Shown here piece by piece: positions 37,501 to 47,264 of a stretch of 64,000 nucleotides of DNA (position 1 is its first letter; each line of letters opens with the position of its first letter). The notes below the pieces were generated by a model. It ran no database searches and was not told the DNA's origin. It was given only the letters and a program-made list of their open reading frames with translations. Location: contig NIVC01000261.1 of NCBI GenBank assembly GCA_002269645.1, positions 124,001 to 188,000 on the forward strand, given 5' to 3'. The position numbers were made by a program, and so were the translations under genes. This DNA comes from Macrostomum lignano. Lineage: Eukaryota.

Positions 37501-40500
37501 ACCGTGACATCTTTAGAGCAGTTTAGAGTCACTTCTTTCTAATTTTATTATTTTTTTACAAGCGCCAAGCCTACTACTGGTCGAAGAAGTTCTTAAACAT
37601 TGCGACGTTCATTCAAAACTCATTCAAAGTTGTGACTTCTGCAGCCTCCATAAATATTTTGTCAATTTTTTTCAGTTAAAGCTACTAGCAGATGAAGTTA
37701 TTAACGATACATGTCGATAGTCTGAATAAACATCAGTGTTATAGCCTATGTAATAGTTATGTTACACGAGACAGATTCAATCCACAATTTGTTTGTTGAT
37801 GCTTTAGATTCTGCTCTCATTTCATAAGACTAATGAGCCTGCCTGTCGCCGCCTTTAGGCTACTCGAAAAGAATCCTACGAGTAGTCCTAATCCTTAGGC
37901 TTAACGTGGTCGACTCGCTTTGAATAAGAAAATTGCGCTACTTTATCTACTAATTTTATTGGGATTTGCTTTTTGCTTGCTGCTACCTGAGATTAGGCCT
38001 GAAACACCCTGCAGATAAGATTAGTCTGATTTGTTGCTTATCAAGGTGAATGCAGAAAGAAGATACAGGGATTAAATGGCTTAGTCATTTTTTGGGTGCA
38101 TAGAAAGGTGATTTAAGCTATTTGTTTATTACCAATGGCTGTTCTTTCACTTTAGCTGACAGGGGGTTAAATTAGGTAGAGAACTGTATTAAACCAAGTA
38201 GATCACTCTCTATTCAGCTACAAAAATTAGGTAGATCACTTTCTATTCAGCTACAAAAATCAGGTAGATCCCTTTATCCAGCTTTCAGATCACAATAGAC
38301 AAATAACAGATCACAATAGACACAGATCACACTAGACAGATCACAAGTCACAATAGACAGATCGCAGATCACAATGGACAGATCGCACCTCACAATAGAC
38401 AGATCGCAGATCACAATAGACAGATCGCAGATCACAATGGACAGATCACACCTCACAATAGACAATTAGAGTCGCCCACCTGATAGGCGCGTACACTCGC
38501 AGTACCCTGGAAGCGGCCAGCAGCAGCATCATCCAATTGTGCACCGTTACCATGGAGACTCGCAGTCCCCAGACAGGCGGATGTCCGTATGCCATCAGTT
38601 TATAAATGGTTTCAGACTTGCCGCCGCCAATCATTTGAACTGTGTGACAGCAATTGTCTAGAAAATTCATTAACACATAGGCTGTATCAGATACCGCAAG
38701 GTATTTTAATAATTGAGTTAACTCGCTTGGTTCCACGCAGCCAGAGCTGCCGTTGTCTCCGCTGCCTAGCAGTCTGTAGGAGAGGGTGTTGAGCACAACA
38801 CCCATTATTGTTAGCACTATCTGCAGGCTGTTGAATCCGCCTACTACCCATTTGAGCTTGGCATCGTTCTGATAGTGCTCAGAGTCTTTAGTGCAGTTCA
38901 CCAGGTGCAACATTGAGTAGTCGGTGTAGCGTTGAGGCCCGTTCTCGTCAAGGCCATCCATGCTTAATGTTGAGATGAGTTTAAACAATCGATCGAAGGA
39001 ATAAGTGATGTCAGAGTACCTGAACTGTTGCGCTTCGGGGACTTTTATTATTACGTTCGTGAATTCTACTTTTAAAGGCAGCTCTGGGGTCCAATCAGAA
39101 GGAAGCTTTTGGTTAGTCTGGGGGTTGAATTCTTCATCTCCTCTCTCTATCCTTCCTTTCCTTTCTCTGCTTTAATCAGCATTTGGCACAGCATCTGCAT
39201 TGGCCAATGTGTCAAAACTGAAAGAGTGAAAAATGAAAGAAAGCCTTGATGAGAGGGAGATCAACGTTAAGAGAGATTAGAGATCAGAGAGAGATTAGAG
39301 ATCAGAGAAAGACTACGAGATCATTGAGAGATTAGCGATCAGAGATAGATTAGAGTTCAAAGAGAGATTGGAGTTTAGAGAGATTAGAGATCCGAGAGAG
39401 ATAAGAGATCAGAGAGAGATTAGAGATCAGAGAGAGATTAGAGATCAGAGAAAGACTACGAGATCATTGCGAAATTAGCGATCAGAGAGAGATTAGAGTT
39501 TAGAGAGAGATTAGAGTTCAAAGAGAGACTAGAGTTCAAAGACAGATTTTAAACGATCTGAGAGATTAGAGATCAGAGATAAATTAAATTTCAAAGAGAG
39601 ATTAACGATCTGAGAGATATATTAGCGATTAGAGAGATTGGAGATTAAAGAGAGATTAGCGATCAGAGAGATGTTAGAGATCCGAGAGAGATTAGAGATC
39701 CGAGAGAGATTAGAGAACAGAGAGAGATTAGAAATAAGACAGGTTAGAAATATTGTAGTAGATATAAAATAGATCTAATAACAGCAATCAGAGCTGAGAA
39801 AGATTGCAGATACTGAAAAAGTGTGGTTTAAAATATAGAAAAAAGATCTAATTCAGCTTCCGACAAACTCCAATCTTACATGTAGACTAAATTATCGCTA
39901 GTTACAAATTGCTTGAATTCGAAATTGCAAAATTCGTCATCAGGAAGTGAGATTGAGCAGTGATTGAGGTTAAGAAGTACTTATACGACTATCTTGAAAC
40001 TGTATAGAAATTTAGAATTTAAACATGATAAGTGCATTTGATGAGCTAGAACAGGAGATCAAATGAAGGACACTGGCCATTACACTAGTGATTTTAGTGA
40101 TGAGTGCCCTATCTGTGAGCTCAGTTTTAGTCTGGGTGCTAATCTATTTGCAAATCGAATTTATCAGAGACTGTAAAATGTTTTTTTAAATGGTAAAAAA
40201 TATTTAACGGATTAATGGTTTATGCGTCTAGCGCATAAATGAATACTTGGAAATTGGGCGTTAAGGAAGCTTGGAAATTTCAACACAAATATATTTAACC
40301 GATAGAATTAAACAAAAGTAACATAAAATATAACATTTTAAATATGATGTATAAAAACCACGCATGACCCAAGCGTTGAAAAAAGCCGACACAATCCTAA
40401 AGATAGAAATACACGAATATAACCCTGAAGATAGAACAAACGGATATAACCACAAAGATAGAACAAAGCGGATATAACACAAGGATGGAGTTATACGGTA

Positions 40501-43500
40501 GAATTATGCGGATATAACCACAGTGTTAAAATAAAACGGATATAACCACATAGATAGAACAAAGCGGATATAATTAAAGATCGAACACACCGATATAACC
40601 GCTAAAATAGAGTGAAACGGATATAATCACAAAGATAAAATGAAACAGATACAACCACAAATATAAAATGAAACGGATATAATCACAAATATAAAATGAA
40701 ACAGATACAACCACAAATATAAAATGAAACGGATATAATCACAAAGATAAAATGAAACAGATACAACCACAAATATAAAATGAAACGGATATAATCACAA
40801 ATATAAAATGAAACAGATACAACCACAAATATAAAATGAAACGGATATAATCACAAAGATAAAATGAAACGGATATAATCACAAAGATAAAATGAAATGG
40901 ATAAAACCATGCAGATATAACGAAACCGGAAAGCCCGGAAGATAGAAGAAAGCGGATATAACTAAAACCAAAAGATAAAAAGAAATGTGCGTAACCCCAA
41001 AAATAGAACAAAAAGGCTAATAATTAACACTTAATTAGCGAAAAATAAATGACTATAATTTAGCAAATCATAGATATGCTTCAATACTGTCGATTCTTTA
41101 CTTTTGAAAGCGTCAAATTATATAGTGGCCAGGCCAAGTACACGAGAAAATTTCCTCCCAAGCGTGTTATTAAAGCTGCCGCATTATATATAATCCGCCC
41201 GCCGCTCCTTTGTCCGCCTAATTGGACGGGGCAGGACTTTTAATAATACAGAAGGGAGCAACTAAAGCCCTGATTAAGCTAGCAGACGACCAAGAATCGC
41301 TACTTGTACTGCGCCTAGTGTGTGTCTGCGCATCTAATTCTTCGAGATATTTTTCATGACAAAGCCATCCGGCAAAGAAAATTTCCACGAGGGTCTTTCT
41401 GCACGTCCTAGATATGCTATTAGCATGGGTGGAGGCTCGGGGCTTGGGTGTTCTTTAAAAATAGATTGCTGCTCAAAAACAAGAGACCCTTAAAATTCAA
41501 GCCTAAATGATTAGAGAATGGGTTTTAAGAATCATCTCTAAACTACCCTGAGAATCTACCCTAAGCTACCACCAAAATCTACCCTAAACTACCAACAGCT
41601 CAGATGCTATCCTAAACTACCCTCAGAATCTACCCTAAAGTACAATCATATTCTACCCAGAACTACTCTTAAAATATAACTTAAACTACTCTGAATTAGC
41701 CCTAAGCTACCCTCAGAATCTGCCTTTAACTACCCTGAATATCTACCCTAAACTACTCTCAAGATCTACCCTAAACTACAACCAGAATCAACCGTAAACT
41801 ACTCTCAGAATCTACCCTAAACTACTCTCAGGATCTACCCTAAACTACCTCCAGAATCTACCATAAACTACCATCAGAATCTACCGTAAACTACCATCAG
41901 AATCTACCCTTAACTCCCATCAGAATCTACCCTTAACTACTATCAGAATCTACCCTAGACTACTCTCAGAATCTACTCTAAGCTACCCTCAGAATCTACT
42001 TTAAACTACCACCAGAATCTACCCTAATCTACTCCCAATACCACCAGCATCTGCCGTAAACTTATTAATCTGAAATTCTCCTTATCTACCCGAGTACTTG
42101 ACGCTGCATCACCGCCCGCCTGAAAATCCCAGATCGCACCCCAACGAAATGATCAACGGTCTGCGCTACTTCGAGCGCGCCTGTCGCGGCTCTACAGCTG
42201 CCGGTTCCTCATCCGGGCAGCAACCGCAGCTGGAGGACAAGCCCGCAATGAACTGGGGTCAAGTAGAGATGAAAGGCCTGGCCAGGTGCCTTCTGTCTCT
42301 ATGCGAAATGCTTCAAACGGTATTCTCTGAAGAGCCTCGAATGGTTAAACTGCGAAGTCCAACATACATTCTGGGCGATATTCACGGCAACTATCACGAT
42401 TTAGTCTGCTTCGAGAAGGTGCTCTGGCGTTTAGGCACGCACCTGTCGCCTGCTAATTTCCTGTTTCTAGGCGATTACGTTGATCGGGGCCAGTTTGGGG
42501 TTGAGGTTGTCAGCTATCTGTTCGCTCAGAAGGCCATGTCGCCTAAGAAATTTATTCTGCTGCGGGGCAATCACGAGATCAGAGACATTCAGGAGAACTT
42601 CACCTTCAAGCGCGAGTGCATGGCCAAGTTTGGCGACTCCTACGGACTGCAGGTATGGGCTGGCTGTTGGGGATGAGCGCTTCACTGTGTACTCTGTGCT
42701 TAGTGTACTATCTGTCTCTCTCTCCCTCTCCCTCTCTACCTCTCCCTCACTCTCCCTCTCCACATCCCTCTCCCTCTACCTCTCCCTCTCCCTCTCCCAG
42801 TCCCTCCCTCTCCCTCTCTACCTCTCCCTCTCACTCTCCCTCTCCACGTCCCTCTCCCTCTACCTCTCCCTCTCCCAGTCCCTCCCTCTCCCTCTCTACC
42901 TCTCCCTCTCACTCTCCCTCTCCACGTCCCTCTCCCTCTACCTCTCCCTCTCCCTCGCTAAGTCCCTCTCTCTCTCTATCTCTCCCTCTCCCCGTCCCTC
43001 CGTCTCTCCCTTTCTACCTCTCCCTCTCACTCTCCCTCTCCACGTCCCTCTCCCTCTCCCTCTCCACGTCCCTCTCCCTCTCCCTCTCCCTCTCCCAGTC
43101 CCTCCCTCTCCCTCTCTACCTCTCCCTCTCACTCTCCCTCTCCACGTCCCTCTCCCTCTCCCTCTCCACGTCCCTCTCCCTCCCCCTCTCTACCTCTCCC
43201 TCTCACTCTCCCTCTCCACGTCCCTCTCCCTCTCCCTCTCCACGTCCCTCTCCCTCTACCTCTCCCTCTCCCTCGCTAAGTCCCTCTCTCTCTCTACCTC
43301 TCCCTCTCCCCGTCCCTCCGTCTCTCCCTTTTCCTCGTCTCTCTCCCTCTCACTCCACGTCCCTTTTCCTCTCCCCGTCCCTCCCTCTCCCTTTCTACCT
43401 CTACCTCTCACTCTCCCTCTCCACGTCCCTCTCCCTCTCCCTCTCTCTCTCTCTCCCTCTCCCTCTCTCCCTCTCCCTCTCCCCGTCCCTCCCTCTCTAC

Positions 43501-44844
43501 CTCTTCCTTTCCCTCTTGCTCTCCCTCCCTCTCCCTTCCTTGCCCTCTAACTCTCCCTTGTCTCCCTCTCTTCCCATCTCTCCTCGCTCTCTCTGCCTCC
43601 TTCCTTCCCCCTCTCCCCTCTCTCTCCCTCTCCTTTTATCGCCCTCTACCTTTATTCCTCTCCTCTCTCTCCCTGTTTCCCTACAGACTACCCCATACAT
43701 TCACAGTGATTCACAGTGCCGCATCAACCCCAACCACCTGGCAGGTGTGGGAGGCGGTCAATCGGTGTTTCGACCGCATGCCCATCGCGGCCACAGTCGA
43801 CGGGAAAATCTTCTGCGTCCACGGTGGCATCCCCAGGCCGTCGCTCTATCGCAGTCTCGAACGCGACCTGAACGCTGTACCCTGCCCGCTGCCCAGCCCA
43901 GTCGATCAGAGCCCCTAGCCTGGGAAATCATGTGGAGCGACCCGTTGCACCCGCCGCAGGCTGGGGCCTCTGCCGCTGGAGCCGCCGCGGCCGCCACGGC
44001 TGACGACGATGCCAGCGACTTCGGCAGCAGCGATGTCGGTTTTGCGTTTAACAAGCGCCGCGGCACCGCCTGCTGTTTCAGCTATCAAGCGTTGGACTCT
44101 TTTCTCAGGGCTAATAAATTCTCGCACGTGATCAGGGCGCACGAGGTGCAGCAGGTTGGCTTTCAGGTAAGCGTTAGGAATGGGTCCGGATGGGTCAGGA
44201 TAGGTCAGACTGGGTCAGGATAGGTCAGACTCGGTCAGGCTGGGTCAGGATAGGTCAGACTGGGTCAGGATAGGTCAGACTGGGTCAGGATAGGTCAGAC
44301 TGGGTCAGGATAGGTCAGACTGGGTCAGGATAGGTCAGACTGGGTCAGGATAGGTCAGACTGGGTCAGGATAGGTCAGACTGGGTCAAACTGAGTCACTC
44401 TAGGTCATGCTGGGTCAGATTCGGTCAGTCGGGTCGAGTCAGGTCCTTCCCCGCACTCACTCTCCCCCTGCCCGCCGCCGCCTCGCCTGTCAGATCCAGC
44501 AGAAGGGCAAGCTGCTGACCGTGTTCAGCTCCTCTCACTACTGCAACGGCAACAACGAGGCCGCTTGCGTACTCGCCGATCACTACAAGATCCGGCTGAT
44601 CCGCCTGGACACCAGCAGCACCCATCACAGCGGCACGCCAGCCTTCTACAGCTCCGCCTCGGGCAGGACGTCTCCCTCCGCTACGGCAACAACTTCCTCC
44701 CCCGGCAGTGGCGGCGTTCGAAGCGGCCGAATCGTCGACGCGGTTGACTCGGCTTCTTCGTCGACATCGCCGGGCGAAGGTGCCGCATCGGCGTCGGCGT
44801 CGGCAGACGATGGCGAGTGCAATTTGCCTACTATCGATCTGTGA
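28270..44844 (+). CDS. EF-hand-containing PPP-family Ser/Thr protein phosphatase; exons 28270-28742, 29401-29575, 30105-30278, 30933-31016, 32052-32186, 32665-32738, 33995-34373, 42133-42652, 43745-44166, 44494-44844 (start not found)
   Basis: Catalytic motifs [37 protein letters not shown]; canonical EF loop [12 protein letters not shown]. Exons chain with compatible phases at GT-AG sites. Requires three 1-bp homopolymer corrections (about 28655, 29415-29418, 43912-43915). Confidence 0.85.
29904..30020 (+). repeat. Short array of cctcccagatcctcagttgctgg units
   Basis: Same unit family as 32197-32615. Confidence 0.85.
30105..30278 (+). CDS. EF-hand pair exon of the phosphatase
   Basis: (HLFR)[16 protein letters not shown]...[22 protein letters not shown]; acceptor acag|C, donor AG|gttggt. 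Confidence 0.88.
30410..30890 (+). repeat. 23-bp minisatellite (ccttgagaatcaaccctgagaac)
   Basis: Tandem array read directly; intronic. Confidence 0.93.
31050..31590 (+). repeat. (TCTG)n microsatellite with recurring gctatctgttagcc interruptions
   Basis: Read directly. Confidence 0.95.
32197..32615 (+). repeat. 31-bp minisatellite (ggacaaccagaatcccagatcctcagttgct)
   Basis: Tandem array starting about 10 nt after the exon donor at 32187. Confidence 0.93.
33400..33890 (+). repeat. 21-bp minisatellite (atagggagaattatcccatct)
   Basis: Read directly; produces the IGRIIPS pseudo-ORFs. Confidence 0.92.
34395..34890 (+). repeat. G/T-rich minisatellite (ttttatctggtggagtggggtgagtgt-like)
   Basis: Read directly; starts just after the donor at 34374. 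Confidence 0.88.
35504..35732 (-). mobile_element. tRNA-derived CORE-SINE, copy with partial CORE deletion
   Basis: Reverse strand reads tagtggttagagc (A box) ... gagttcgattctc (B-box-like) ... ccttgagcaagaagac ... gccagcattagctggggtaattgagggtgtg, matching the copy at 47822. Confidence 0.8.
35737..36025 (+). repeat. 12-bp minisatellite (acaaagtacatgg-like)
   Basis: Read directly. Confidence 0.85.
36107..38961 (-). CDS. Rhodopsin-class peptide GPCR (FMRFamide-receptor/srw-like); complement join(38480-38961, 36107-37067); frame stays open upstream to about 39170
   Basis: Seven hydrophobic segments: TM1 [12 protein letters not shown]2 [11 protein letters not shown]3 end [10 protein letters not shown]4 [15 protein letters not shown]5 [12 protein letters not shown]6 IACQLP, TM7 SCNFFVY. 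Phase-2 intron ATCAG|gtgggc ... accag|GAGT joins in frame. Confidence 0.9.
38290..38465 (+). repeat. About 21-bp minisatellite (acaatagacagatcgcagatc) in the GPCR intron
   Basis: Read directly. Confidence 0.85.
39270..39735 (+). repeat. Degenerate 16-bp minisatellite (agagagattagagatc)
   Basis: Read directly. Confidence 0.85.
40400..40980 (+). repeat. Degenerate about 29-bp minisatellite (aaatgaaacggatataatcacaaagat-like)
   Basis: Read directly. Confidence 0.85.
41535..42040 (+). repeat. Degenerate 23-bp minisatellite (ctaaactaccctcagaatctacc)
   Basis: Read directly. Confidence 0.85.
42133..42652 (+). CDS. PPP catalytic domain exon (N-terminal half)
   Basis: [16 protein letters not shown]...[16 protein letters not shown]...LLRGNHE; donor CAG|gtatgg. 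Confidence 0.95.
42712..43680 (+). repeat. Polypyrimidine (CT-rich) low-complexity intron tract
   Basis: ctccct/ctctac hexamer repeats between exons 42652 and 43745. Confidence 0.95.
43745..44844 (+). CDS. PPP catalytic domain exons (C-terminal half): 43745-44166 and 44494-44844
   Basis: [30 protein letters not shown] ... AWEIMWSDP ... [13 protein letters not shown]|[17 protein letters not shown]; apparent frameshift at 43912-43915. Confidence 0.9.
44180..44420 (+). repeat. 20-bp minisatellite (ctgggtcaggataggtcaga) with 10-bp subperiod
   Basis: Fills the last phosphatase intron (44167-44493). Confidence 0.95.
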
Positions 44845-45644
44845 TTGTTCTTGTACTTTTCCTGCTTCTTTAATTATAGTTGTAATATTTCCACTACACT
44901 ACTGACTACTCGTTATAAGTAGAAATATTGGCGTTTTTTCTCTGTTCTCTTTTCTACGTTTGATTCAATGTAATCTCGATTTTTTTATATCAGACAATTT
45001 GAAAGCGAAATTCCTTACCATTTATTGTCATTTCATTAGCGTCATATTTGTTATAGGATTTAATTGCCCTTCATCATCGAAATTACCCTATTGGCACAGA
45101 TCAACTATATATAGCTCCTATTGTTGCGCGTGACAAACTTTATACTTGTATAGTTCTCTAAAATTATAGTCGCTTCTAAATTTTGTTGTCTGTTTTGTTC
45201 CAGCCAAAATCCCTACCAGATGCTTTGTTGACAGCGTACACATAATTGAAACAAATCATTGTGATTAACATCTATTTAACTATAGCTAAATTCGATTTTT
45301 GTCTATTTGTCGTGCGTGTTTAACAAGTTTACTCATTTTCTGTACTAATAGTAGTATGCATGAGAGTTTGTAAAATTTATGGCTGTGTTTACGACGTCTG
45401 CAACAAAGCCCGCTTGTTAGTGTGACCATCAGCAATAAATTTGTTTTTGAGAACATCATATTCTGCTTTAGTAATATTATTACTGCTGCTTTATGTGTCA
45501 TTAATATTAGATAATTTATGTAAATATACATGAATTTTTTATTTTGTATGCTAGGATATAAACAATAGCGATTATTCAGTCATTAAAATATTAAAAAACC
45601 ATTTTTGTCTTTCTTTTTTATGGCTTGCGACACGACCTCCCACC

Positions 45645-46230
45645 TCACTTTGCAACTCCACTCTGGCACCCACCTCACTCCGCAACCCCACTAGCACCCA
45701 CCTCACTCCGCAGCCCCACTCTGGCACCCACTTCACTCCACAACCCCACTATACTCGTAGCACCCACCTCACTCCGCAACCCCACTCCAGCACCCACCTC
45801 ACTCCACAACCCACTCTGGCACCCACCTCACTCCGCAACCCCACTCTAGCACCCACCTCACTCCGCAACCCCACTAGCACCCACCTCACTCCGCAGCCCC
45901 ACTCTGGCACCCACTTCACTCCACAACCCCACTATACTCGTAGCACCCACCTCACTCCGCAACCCCACTCCAGCACCCACCTCACTCCACAACCCACTCT
46001 GACACCCACCTCACTCCCCAACCCTACTAGCACCCACCTCAGTCCGCAGCCCCACTCTGGCACCCACTTCACTCCACAACCCCACTATAGCACCCACCTC
46101 ACTCCGCAACCCCACTCTAGCACCCACCTCACTCCGCAACCCCACTCTAGCACCCACCTCACTCCGCAACCCCACTCTAGCACCCACCTCACTCCGCAGT
46201 CCCACTCTGGCACCCACCTCACTCCGCTAT
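45645..46230 (+). repeat. 30-bp minisatellite (cacccacctcactccgcaaccccactctag)
   Basis: Read directly. Confidence 0.92.
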
Positions 46231-46699
46231 CCCACTTAAGCAAGTCAAGAAACTGATTTAAAAAATTGTAGAATATTATGCTATTTTCTAACAAAAATTC
46301 AATGTTTTATTGTTGCATTTTCCTTTTTTGCCTTGCATTCGGCTAAGGATGTTTCCGGTTAGTATGATACAGTGTCATTCAATATTGCACGATAAATATT
46401 CAGCATTCAGCAAGCAGGATGATATGATAATTTGCTCTGTTTTTCAATCAATACAAAAAAACACGTGTTTATGAGTAAATAGACATTGACAAGTAATGAG
46501 GCAATTTTCTATGCAAGGGTAAATATGGCGGGAAACGGTGTTATAAAATTTGTAAGCACAAGCCAAACGAAAAATGAGGTGTGTTGATGGGTCATTTTGT
46601 TGGGAAATGCATCTCTCAATGTGACAAGTTTGATAACCGCTGCGTTTTTAGTTATGTTTCTGGTGCCTAGGCTATAGTATGGGTTGGTTTTATCTGGCG

Positions 46700-47030
46700 C
46701 CTATATTTGGGTTGTTTTAGCGCCTATATTTAGGTGTTTTAAGTCCCTATATTTGGGTGTTTTAAGCGTCTATATTTGGGTGTTTTAGGTGCCTATATTT
46801 GGGTGTTTTAAGCGTCTATATTTGGGTGTTTTAAGCGCCTATATTTGGGTGTTTTAGGCGCCTATATTTGGGTGTTTTATTTAGCGCCTATATTTGGTTG
46901 TTTTTGGCGCCTATATTTGGGTGTTTTAAGCGTCTATATTTGGGTGTTTTAAGCGCCTATATTTGGGTGTTTTAGGCGCCTATATTTGGGTGTTTTATTT
47001 AGCGCCTATATTTGGTTGTTTTTGGCGCCT
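46700..47030 (+). repeat. 23-bp minisatellite (gcgcctatatttgggtgttttaa)
   Basis: Read directly. Confidence 0.9.
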
Positions 47031-47264
47031 GAATTGGGCTGTTTCAATTTAAGCGCCAATGTGCAGGCTGCTTTTGGCGCCCGCTCACATACTGCTGACA
47101 AACGTACCCTAATCGTGCATTTTGAAAACCTGGAAGCGCGATAAACAGAAAGTGTCAAAGTTAGCTATTCAAAGGTCGATCATTGTTTGTTCGCTCCAGA
47201 AGTTGACGAATTAAGCAAAATTAAATATTGCTTAACAAGGCAGAACATCAGCCTGTCAATGTGT

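Noticed and set aside
42480-44223. 356-aa and 535-aa Ser/Leu/Pro-rich ORFs
   Set aside because: Read-through of the CT-rich intron; only the end of the 535-aa frame is real coding sequence (after the 43912 frameshift).
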